From contig NW_019091400.1 of the NCBI RefSeq assembly GCF_001949145.1, positions 186,001 to 248,000 on the forward strand: a stretch of DNA of 62,000 nt, given 5' to 3'. Position numbers and translations under genes: made by a program. Numbering within the stretch: the first letter of the stretch is position 1; each line of letters opens with the position of its first letter. Under the pieces are notes generated by a model, which searched no databases, was not told the DNA's origin, and saw only the letters and a program-made list of their open reading frames with translations. The DNA is from Acanthaster planci (lineage: Eukaryota). This document shows, piece after piece, positions 24,800 to 35,993 of the stretch.

Positions 24800-25300
24800 C
24801 GGCAGCCTGCCAGTGCCAATTTGAACCATGCAAAAATTTTTTCTATTGCTAAACAACGCAATAACATTGCAAAATAATGCAACAGTATTGCAAAATAATG
24901 CAATAACATTGCAATGATACCATGATTTATTGCCAATTGGCGTGTGATCATAAGAGAAGTAGAACCTCACAAATTTGCGCAATGTCATGTGCTAGCTTTC
25001 CTCTATTACTGTTTCACAGGAAATTACCTGCACTGCTCACACAAGGGTGCATTCGCCCGGCTGAAGTGGGACCTGCTGGTCAGTGACAGTATTGCTAACG
25101 GGGGAGTATACTCCTGATCCGGGTATAATGCACACGGATCCTACTCTTGTTAACCAGAGTAACTGCGTGAACATGCCCCAAATGTGTCCATAGAACTGTT
25201 GCGTTATTTTGCAATACTATGCATTATTTTGCAATGTTATTGCATTATTTCACAATAAAAAAACTTTGGCATAGTTCAATTTGGCACTAACAGGCTTCTG
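24800..25300. mobile_element. TA-flanked non-autonomous DNA transposon with long imperfect TIRs and 21-bp subterminal repeats
   Basis: TA|cggcagcctgccagtgccaatttgaaccatgc ... gcatagttcaatttggcactaacaggcttctg|TA, with mirrored gcaataacattgcaaaataat arrays inside both ends. Confidence 0.8.
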
Positions 25301-26089
25301 TAAAAAAGTTCTGCCACTCCTACATTGTTGAACTCTTAGCTAAGCATCTTAATTCTTACATGAACAAAACAGTACGGCATGCATGGTATGCAGTAGTATA
25401 CATGTACACTAGAATGGGGAAACCGTAGATGTACACTTAAATATCTCACATTTGTGACAAAGGTCATAGTTCCTTATATGGAACCCTGGATTGCCTATAC
25501 ATGTACATGCATGTAGTTCAAAAGTTGTTCATTGTTTACTATACTGCAGGGTAGGCTGGTCATTAACAACCAAATTGATTCTATGCATATGCAGGTCGGG
25601 GACCAAACCCTAATCTAGCGACGTCCCTAGTTTCTGCTTATGTCGCTTGTTCAAGTGGCAATGATGAAATTTTTATCAGGTCACATGATAATGATGGGAA
25701 ATTTGGGGAAAATGATGAGATTTGAAATGCCGGACGCCCACATGGCCGCAGTTGCCGTTGGAGTCTATGGCAAAATTATTTCGAATTGCTTTTCTGGAAA
25801 ATCACCACAATAAACCAAAAATTTGCCAAGGTGAATTGATGGAGATTTCGAATGGCTAAATTTTCATGCATAAAGTAAACTTCGGCAGAGCTTTATTTTT
25901 TTCAAGTAAACATTTTCATCAGCTGGATTGGACTCACCTACCAACCGAATCAAACACATCCAGTGCAAGATTCAACCGAAAAATCTCCTTGATCCACTTT
26001 TAGAGATACCAAATGACAGGAAAGTTTCATTCATATCTGGGGTAGCATGTATTCTGTAAATTTGATCAACCAGAACAATTGTATTGAAG

Positions 26090-27110
26090 TTTTTGGCCGA
26101 TAAAGAGATTGATGTGGACATAGCCATATTTGACTTATTCAAAGCGTTTGATACTGTCCCCCATGAGCGTCTGAAAGCTAAGCTTCATATGTATGGAAAT
26201 ACGTGAAAAGCTACTGAAGTGGATTGGCAACTTTCTTCAGATGCATAAACAAAGAGAAATGTTCGATGGATCTAGTTCTGATTGGGATTCCTTGGACTCC
26301 GGTGTGCCTCAAGGCACAGTCCTCGGCCCTCTTTTATTTTTACTTTATATCAACGACATCACAGACAATCTTCAGTCAGAAGTTCGTCTTTCTGCTGACG
26401 ATTGCATTTGATATAGAAATGTCCACAACCGGGCTGATTGCATCACATTTCAGGAAAAGATATTGAATATGCCTCTACATGGCAAATGCAATTTAATATA
26501 AAGAAATGCTCCATCGTGCATAAGGGAAACAAAAGGAAGAAGATTTGCAATAGTTATAAGCTGGATAATCATTCTCTTGCAACAGTGGATCATCACCAGT
26601 ATCTGGGAGTCTTCCTCTCCCACAAATTTAAATGGGATTATATGGTCAAGAAGGCTAACTAGGTATGTTGCGTAGAAACTTTAAGCAATGCTTGAAAATG
26701 GCAAAAGCAACTGCTTATTTAGCACTTGTTCGTCCACACCTGGAGTACACTTCAGTAGTATGTGATCCCTTCGAGGCTAAATACATCAATAAGCTCGAGA
26801 TGATCCAACGACGTGCAGCATGCTTTATTAACAATAACTTTAGTACAGAAGCTACTGTGACCGATATAATCTCCAACCTTGGGTGGGATACCCTAAAACA
26901 GTGTCATGAAGCTGCTAGATTGATCTTGATGAAACAAATGTATATGGGTACATCTGCTATTCCGAAGTCTATTGTCAAGCATGCTTCCACAAGACCACGT
27001 AGAGCAGCCACTGGAAATAGTTCTCAAGGAATTCCTTTGTACCCAGAACTTGTAGAGATGGAACAGGCTTCCTGATACATGATAGTCTCACCAATGTTGG
27101 GCATCAGGTT
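26090..27110 (+). mobile_element. 5'-truncated decayed non-LTR retrotransposon (CR1/RTEX-like), RT and C-terminal region
   Basis: KAFDTVPHERL, SGVPQGTVLGPLLFLLYINDI, RLSADDCI, WQMQFNIKKC, ALVRPHLEY..CDP..LEMIQRRAA. Confidence 0.9.
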
Positions 27111-27477
27111 CTCGAGTTTATCAGATCCAGGGATAGGAACTTAAATTAACTTTGTGTCACTCCGTCTTCTCGCGTGGCTTTACATGGATTCAGTGAATCT
27201 GTTGCTACGTACTGAAGAAGAAGAAGGAGATGTCATCTGCGAACCGTGATCTAAAAATTGTTCAACAATTACATCATCGTTGCATAATTGAATGGCCTTT
27301 GCACAGTCTGGCATCATCGCTAGATTGTTGTTTGGTCCCCGTGAATGTGGACTCCTAGTGAATGTAAAAATATGCGCAACTTCATTAAACATGCAAATTA
27401 CGTGCTGCTTTTGGATCAGTCTTTTAGGGAAAAGATAGCTTAACCTGGTCCAAATCAATAGTGGTATACTTCAAATC

Positions 27478-27597
27478 TAGCCCACTGAGTGGAGTGTTAG
27501 TATGTCTCTTTTTTGATTTTAGACGGGATCGGTTAGTATGACTGATCCCATCCAAAATGGAAAAAGAGGCATACTAACGCTCCACTCGGTAGAGCTA
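27478..27597. mobile_element. 120-bp hairpin MITE with TAG...CTA ends and 9-bp TSD (AcademH-like)
   Basis: Near-perfect palindrome; exact flanking direct repeat CTTCAAATC at 27469-27477 and 27598-27606. Confidence 0.85.
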
Positions 27598-29310
27598 CTT
27601 CAAATCTCTATCCACACTCTCCAACGAAAAGTTCAGGGTGTTTTTATTGCTCCTAAGTCGTACACCGACTGCCTAACAGTTAATTGTTCTTACCTATTAT
27701 TGATGAAATTCGATAACTCTCATCAGCCACCTTTCTCGATGAATGACCATGTACACGCAAGGTCTGATTTACTGTCACAGTGAGTTAATCAGGTCCCTGG
27801 CCTCAGATCTTACTAGTTGCAGGACATGTAGGAACACTCTCTCTCACTTGGCGCAAAACAAATCAAATGTCCCTAGCCCAGACAACCTCTTTCCCGAGCT
27901 CAAGCAAACATTATGATTTAAGTACGTACATAATCAAACGAGGCCAAACTTAATGTTTGTGTCATGGTCTGTTTTCAGCAATGAATATGTAGGTTCGCTC
28001 ATACCAGCCACATGTTTGTTAAGTCGGCCTGAGGGATTTAGAGCCAGATTAGGCAGGTACCAGTGACTCAAGAGTTTTGTATTGAACTCGCTGGCAGTGT
28101 ATACATATAGGATGGTGACAGTCTAGGATTTCTTATGTCGCTTTGGTAAATCCCCAAACATATTGCAAAATACAGGACCTTCCAGCATTGTATTTCTGTC
28201 ACTTTTAAGGGAATGGGTCATGTTGGCGAAAGTGTTAAAATAAATCAACTTACAAATAATTTGCAAAGGTTAACAATGTTCCCTATTTGTTGTTTTGTAT
28301 AGACAAATTGATCTGTGAAAAGCTCGATTTGTTGTTGCATCGGGCATATATAAGGGGATCAAAATATCATTTGGGGTTGTGTGTGGCCGAGGTGAAGAGC
28401 CTTTCTTATTCCTTGAGTATCACCACTGCACTGCTATAGACAGAATAGGGTGAACGTAGGCTACCAGAGGGGTATTGATAAATACCACGCATTAACAATT
28501 CATGCATTTGTATGGGACAGTATAGTGTAGGCCCAAAACATACCTCTGTGATGCCACGCCCCTTGGAGGTGGAGCGAGATTTGGGTGAGAATGGCCTCCT
28601 CCTCAGAGCGCGGCGTGGACGGCACATACCCGCAAGTCCCTGAGCGGCTCTGGACAAGTCCCTTGGGATGGAAGTATACCGTCCCAGTTGAAGAGCTGAT
28701 CCCTCAGATTTGGCTGGATGGCTTGCTGTTTTCTGATTGGCTAAGTAGTTTAGACGGAACTCAAAGTGACATAAATAAACAGTCTAGGACACCCATTCAC
28801 TGTACACTAGAACATCAGCAATTGGTTTATTCCAACAACATCAGACCATGGGAAAAACCTGCTCGCCTGGCTTATTTGGAAAAACGATAGAGGGTGCTCC
28901 TGTAACTGAGCATGGAGGTGTGATTCTACCTCCATGAACTGAGACAACTTTAACATCAACTTTATTCGCTTGATAAGAAAAACCACTTAAATGAGGAACA
29001 GGTCGATAGCAACTAGGAGGAGGACGCTTTCTCAATCGTAGCTTGTGGGCGAGGACAGAAATATATATAGCTTATTTCCCTCCTGCAATGCGCAATCTCT
29101 AAGGGGGCATATATCCAGGGCCAAAACCAATCTAGGGATGTCCACACAACCCACCGTGACCCTACCGCCCCCCCCCCAAAAAAAACAGGGAGTAGTGCTC
29201 ACCTTGAACCTGCAGTCTGGCTCAGTGCTAACCTAACGGGCAAGCTTGGTTCCGGTTTGTTTCCCCGGCCGGTACTCGGTACCCGTACCCCGTGTACGCA
29301 TACGTTAATG

Positions 29311-29581
29311 TTTTAGTTTTAATGGCGCTTTCAGCAACTCGGGCTATTTGCGCCAATAACTGTACGTTTATTCATACACTTTATTAATCACCATCACATT
29401 ACGGAGTTAGGAAGCAGATCCAGTTTTAAGAGGCAGGAGGAAACCGAAGTGCCCGGAGAAAACCGGCGAGAGCGAGACTGGAAACCAAAGGCACTTAAAG
29501 CCTGGGCCACGCCGACGCTCGAACCCTGGCCTCAAGCTTTGGAGCAAAGCGAGGGAAGAACCGCTACGCCCTCCTTGATCC
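29311..29581 (-). mobile_element. V-SINE-type tRNA-derived SINE
   Basis: tRNA-like head with B-box GGTTCGAG; central GGTTTTCTCCGGGCACTTCGGTTTCCTCC (V-domain core, 29436-29465); 3' ...aaagcgccattaaaa tail. Confidence 0.7.
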
Positions 29582-30549
29582 TACACGCTGGGTCCGAGCG
29601 GTTTTATAGCCTCGCCGCAGTCTCGCGCTTGCGCAATACCTGCCGCGTGCATAGAGCAGTGACCACCCCGTCCATCATTTTTCGTTGCATTAAGCGAAAT
29701 AGGAATGCAAAAGAGATTTCATACATTGACGAAAAGTACATAAATGCAGAAAAATTGTCTGAGAAAAATTCATTGTAGCTGTACACTTTAAAAGCCCTCC
29801 GATCCGGGAGCTTTGTACTGGATGAGAACTGAAAAAAAAGTGTTTAGCGTCCTTTAAAAACTTTTTTCTCTCTGACTTTTTTGTTCAGTCTTTTGTGTCT
29901 CAAGGACTGTCACCCTAGCAGACTTAAACCTTATACTCACTACTCCAGGGTTTGTAAAATCTGGACGAGATTATAGCATTCCCTATCCACAGAATAAGCA
30001 TCAATTATGCACAATACACTCGGGTCGAACACAGTCCTAATTTTGGCAAGATCTTTTTTTCCGCTTCAAAAAGGAGACCATTTCAATATTCAGTGCAACA
30101 AAACCTGAAATGTTGGGTTTTTCTAATGAATTTGCATTCTGTGAAGTGCTGAATAAAATTTGTCAACTATCCAGAGTACGCGTCGGATAGTGAAAAAAAC
30201 AGAAATTTCGCTGATACCGTTGCTTTTTGTTGCAAGCGGGAGTAAAGTTAAACATTCAAAGTGGCGAAACTTGAAATTCAGTTTACTTGTTTTGTCACAA
30301 TTATTAGTAATCCTCGTCGGCTTGACAAATATCAGCTTCCTGTGTCGCACACAGCCGCTCAGCTTAAATATGTTCTTTTGTTTCTCATTGTTAGTAAGAT
30401 GTAAAATTCCAACTATTTCTGAATATGCAAACCGTGAGACCCGCCACCCATTTAACAGGAAAAAAAGAACTGTAAGAAACTATGGAGATCGACCATGCCC
30501 CCCATCCCAAAATGAATAAACCGAATCTGCTAAAGTCCAGGTTTGTTTC

Positions 30550-30785
30550 ACAAGGGTGGACTTGGGGGGGGAGTGTCCATAGCTCCCTTAAAATGGGACC
30601 AAAAATTTCAAACCAATAGAGAAAAAGACATTTTTGCTCTATTTCATTCCTCTATCTTCTCGAAGTGTGTAAAAATCCTAACTTAATGTAGCCTTGAAAA
30701 GCCACAAAAATAACATGAAAAGTTTCCAAAGTCCCCAACCCCTAAACAAGTCCTCCCCGAAAATCTTTTTCTTGATCCGCCCTAT
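30550..30785. mobile_element. Short hAT-like MITE (GGGCGGATC-type ends)
   Basis: caagggtggact ... gatccgcccct; related copies at ~34600-34840, ~46128-46385 and ~12360-12420. Confidence 0.4.
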
Positions 30786-33396
30786 AGTGGTCTAAACGAT
30801 ATGTTGATATAAGGCTGACCTACAACTGTTCTTGTGTGGCGCCGCCTGCGTCTAAATGTAGAAAGGGCTTAGGAATGGGGCCCCAAACCGGTCATCTGTT
30901 ATGTTCAAAGAAATTGCGCATTTTCCCCGGCAAAAGCTGTTCCTCAAATGTCTTCCAGTGAACGTTACGTTTTGAAAGTTTATAAAACTTAAGAACAAAA
31001 AACACACTTGTAAACAAAAGAGGAAAAAAAGAAAAAAAAACTTTTCTGTATTAAAAGACCCCACTCTCACAGAAGTAAATAAATGAAGCAAAAGATGTGT
31101 ACTATTTACTCGGAGTATTTTTATTTTGTTATATATCACATCAATTTAAAAGCAGAAGTGAAAACCGACAAGTGTTGAGGTTCCCCAAGAGATCCTACGG
31201 AATAAAAGTGCTTTTTAATAAAACCTGGCAACCACATAATTATAACAATATAATTTGCCACAGTGCACGCGCGCCTCAGTCATGTACAACATGCGCATGA
31301 TTGAGGTGGCCGCACGTGAATTACGGTCTGTACTGAAAATTGAAAGCTAAAATTCCGAATAACTTTCACACTAAAAATTTGGTATAAGTGGAAACACGAG
31401 TGTACTTCGTGAATGTAACGTCCGTAACACCTTTGTTACACACAGACGTCTGCACTTCTCTCTACACCACGTTTTCGGATATCAAGTAATGGTATTAAGT
31501 TAACGCAAACGTGCACATTATTATTTTCGTCACAATAATTATTTTTACACAGTGAAGTTTTTGAAATTAATATTTGAATTAGAATCAAAAGTTTATTTTT
31601 TTAGAATGAAGACATAAATGTACTTCTCTAAACTACCAGTGCACGAAAAAAGCGCTAGGCTGGCCGAAGGGAAAACAGGAATGAATTATTAATACGTGAT
31701 CAAAATGCTCTAAAGACAGCCTTTATGAACACGTCAGCACTAGCTGTTGCGAGAACATACTCCAATGACTTATGCATTAAGTACAGCTGTTGGTCGGTTG
31801 TTTCTTCATAAATGATCCCATGAACTACCTTCATGTGGCCCGAAATTTCCCACTTTTCACACACTCTTGATTCGTCCAACACATCTGCCATGGGCAACCT
31901 TTCTCATGCTCGTTCTGAACTATCCCTCTCACACAAAACTCCAACCATCTCTGACTGCAAATAACTTAAAATACCCCTCTCCGAATCCCCCAAGTTCACC
32001 AAAAATCACACTTTGAAGTCCTCAAAAATACTGCTTATAAGTGAAAAGCGTCTAAGAAGACTGTCATGTCTAGCTCTCATTTACGACTGCATACCCTCTG
32101 TGTCTGATTTTTTTTCCCACAAATTTGCACCGGGTCGGTCTCTGACCTTTATCACAGGTGGCCATCAACTCTTTTATTTCAAATGGAGCCTTGGCAATTT
32201 TTAATCTTAAACGTTCATGCACGGGTGCGCCGGGCAGGTTTAAAACAATTCTACCACCTTGAATACACGCATTCAAAATTTGTGTGCTAACATTAATTAA
32301 GAGCGTGTGTGAGCGGACAGCTAAGATTTTTTTTGGGGGGGGCGCGATTTACAGAACTGAACAGCTACACTTCAAATCGAATGATTTATTTCAGAACGTG
32401 TTTAGGAAAGCACAAAAAGGCTTCCGCAATTACTTCGTTAATTGAAAGAGGAACTTAACGCAGGTTACAAAGTACAATCGTATAAGTAGGGAAAAAAGAC
32501 AAGTATCTTGATCCAAGGGTTTTGTAAATAAATTGGAACATCAAGCTTAGGCCTATAGGCTGCTTGACTTGCAAAGCCTCCCCGTGGAAACCCCATGCAC
32601 TGACTCGACGCTCCTATAATAGCCCGTTATCGGCCGCTCGTTCAGTCCCAAGACTCAACTCGAGAGTCTTCCCTGTCATGACATTTCCTAATCCAAAATT
32701 ATCAGACTTGGTGAAAAAGTAATTCTGATAACCTTTCCAGATTCTTGGTCGGGCATTGGGAAATCTAAACCCCCAAAATGCTGGGGGGAGGGCACTTTGC
32801 TAGTTCTACGGTCACTTGCCCACGCTTTCATCTCTATTTGAGCAAATGATCCGTTTCTTTGGTTGATTTGCCAACTCCTTCACACATTAAAAAACCATTC
32901 CTATAAACAAAGGTTTACAATGCCACTCCAACCATCCATTGAACACAGTACTGAAAAATTTCCCTATTCTCTCGTTCAGCTGCTTTACACTCTTAATCTA
33001 CCTAAATTGACAAAAAAATAAAAGCAGGAAGCTAATCTTTCTCATGGTGGCTGACCCTCAAAACCACCGTGGTTTATATTCTAAACCATATGCTGGTGGG
33101 GGTCTCCTTAAACCATTTTCATCCTCGAGGGGAGAACGGGTCTGGAAAGTCCCTGCAAAACAAGCTGACTTTCAGGAAGAGACAGACAGCTTACAGCAGT
33201 CAAATACTTTCGATGTGCTAAATTTTCAATCCTTATTCCCTTTTAATTTAACGATCAATGTTCCTTAATTCAATTGCTCTCGACCTTACTAACTTCGCGC
33301 GCTCTTAGTCCTCAAATTAACAGCACTCACCGAAAGATCTTCATACACGCTCTACGTATTCTCAAAACTCAGTGTTGAATCAAACACTTATTCATG

Positions 33397-33703
33397 AGTG
33401 CGGTCAGTGACCACTCTCTGAAACTGTGAAATCCAGCTCTTCGAAAGTGTGGTCAGTGACCACTCTTTAAAACGTTGAATCCGAGATTTTAAATATTAAA
33501 TCCACCATTTTAAACTATAAAACCAGCATTTAACCCGCTAATGTAATAATGCTGATTCCCTATTTTCAAGGAAAAGTGTTAAATTTATACTTGACCCGTT
33601 GAACTAACTCTTTTAAATGTTGGATTTAAAATTGAAAATGCAGGATTAAGCATGTAAAATTCTGGGTTCAACATTTTCAAAGAAGTGGTCACTGACCGCA
33701 CTT
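33397..33703. mobile_element. Fold-back element with duplicated left arm
   Basis: gtgYggtcagtgaccactct twice (~33398, ~33446), pairing with aagtggtcactgaccgcact (~33683-33702); the inverted similarity extends ~90 bp. Confidence 0.65.
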
Positions 33704-34603
33704 AATATGTAGGCCTACGAGTTGGATCCAACATTGCAGCGTTTAGCGTAAACACACTTACGCACAAACCAAAGAAATGGAGAACCAACTTTCACCATTG
33801 AAATTTAAACCAAAATTCCGGCGACATTAATTTTTTTCCAGAGAAATTAAGGTGACTGATCAAGAGCCGGGACTGATAGTAATGTCATGTCCAATTAGAA
33901 CGCTGCCTACAACAACTATCTTAACATTTTCCACTCATCCAGTATCACCCTCGCTTTCAATTTCCAAATACTGTACAAACTCAAACAATGAAAACTCAAG
34001 AACCCACACGGCGGATTGGAGTTGTTCGCGCAACATTTCGGTGCTCTGGCTAAACTGATGCCGCAGAGAGTAACAAAATACGTCCAGCCGCCAGCCCGCA
34101 GTGATTTCCTGCCTTATAATTTGCGTCATTTATGACTACAGAGTGATAATCTTTTTATAATATGTATTAAGACAGGGAACGTGATGGCTTCACGACATCT
34201 AACCAGCGTGAAAAAGCAAGCTTCGAATCGCACAATCTAATTGCAAGGAAATCTTCTGTTTCAAATTGTCAAGGCGTGACTTCTAACAAACAGAATTTCC
34301 TTTGTCATTACTACCACATACATTATGTCATATTGTCACCTTTAATGTGGGTTGGTTTTGGAAAACATTTTTGAGTCAAAATGACGAAAACTTATCTGTT
34401 GGACCCCTTTGTATTTGTAATAAAAAAACTTAAACCTAAAGGTCTTCTGAAGCACACTTCACTCACTGGTTTGTATGTTTTGTGGCAATATATAAATATA
34501 TTCTATTTGTTCCACTGTAAACAAGACTGATAAAAATGTGACACTGCATTTTTCAAATAAAAGCTAGGTACGTGGTTATTGTTTATTTAAAAGATAAAAT
34601 TTC

Positions 34604-34840
34604 CAGGGCGAATGGGGGAGGCAACAGGGGCCATGCCCCCTCCCCAAAAGAGCCAAGATTTCTAAAAAATAATAAAGAAAGGTGACTCTTTGCTCTATTT
34701 AGTTTCCCGCCCTCCAAAAGCAAGTAAAACCCCCAAATGCAGTCTCACCCCTCTAGAAAGACCATAAAATAGGAAAAATTCCAAATTTTGCCTGCCCCCC
34801 AAAGCCCCCCCCCTGAAAAATGGTGTTGGATCCGCCCTTG
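34604..34840. mobile_element. Short hAT-like MITE (same family as 30550-30785)
   Basis: cagggcgaat...ggggccatgccccc ... ggatccgcccttg; shared internal tttgctctattt. Confidence 0.4.
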
Positions 34841-35993
34841 TTGACATATTTTGTTTCATCCAAAATTATATTTGGGGTGGACATTTTTCCCGCATAAAAA
34901 AAGAGAGAATCAATTTAACTTGACAGTGACACATGCTCCCCAAATTTCCGAAGTCCTTCTGGTCCCTTTTTAACTTTTAAAACACTCTAACATTTCTGAA
35001 ATGAAAAATCTCTTTATCATGGCTCAGTCTTTAAAACTTCTCTAACCACAATAAAGCAAACATTTTCGTTCCACACATTCAGGCGAAAACGGTGACCAAA
35101 ATGCCAATTTTTAGGCTTTGGAAAGGTACAAGATCAAATACTTTACATTTTTGTAATTATCAACACTGATTACCAACTGCGCTAAAACGATTACTGCGTT
35201 GGAGTTGTTTCGATAAAAATACTGAGTGTACAATTCAGACGGATTACTAAAGACATTTTTTCTTTTACATTTGGCAATGATGTGGCCAATATTATAAGAG
35301 ACATCAACATTATGTTTAAGCACAAAAAATACAGAAATATTATATAATATTCATAGAATTTACACTGTGAGTGGAACACATATTATGCAGCACAAAATTT
35401 TCAATCAGTGATAACTAAAACTCAAAGTACTCAAGATGCACATACATGTTTAATAATGTACAAGGCACAAGTAATCAAAAATATAAGTCCTATTCTCGAT
35501 ATACTATTTTACATTTAGTAAACCCTGTTTAAATAATGAAACTTCACTAGAACACTGAATATTTTAACAAATACACTGTATACGCTGTTTCACTCAGGAC
35601 AATATACACATATATAAAATATCGGCGGTCTCTATTTGTTTATGTGGCATCAAATAGTTTTGAATGATACTTACAATGGAATTTGGTGACACTACAGATG
35701 AGGTAATACCTTCTCCACGAGTTCTGATTAAATATTGTACTATATGCGTCCCAATATTTATCTATGCGATGTTAGAATTATGGAATTCTTTGATCTTGCC
35801 ACGGTGGAGATGTATCCGGAACGAAGAAAAATCTACATTATTATCTGTTATGCCGACGGTAATACTATGCACGTTTAAGGTCTTATAAATCATGACAGAT
35901 GAACCATGCATCTGACACATCAAAAGCTGTTATTATAAGCAGAATTCATTTCACAAAATGGTATACATGTACTCACAATATGCCAAGTGATAC

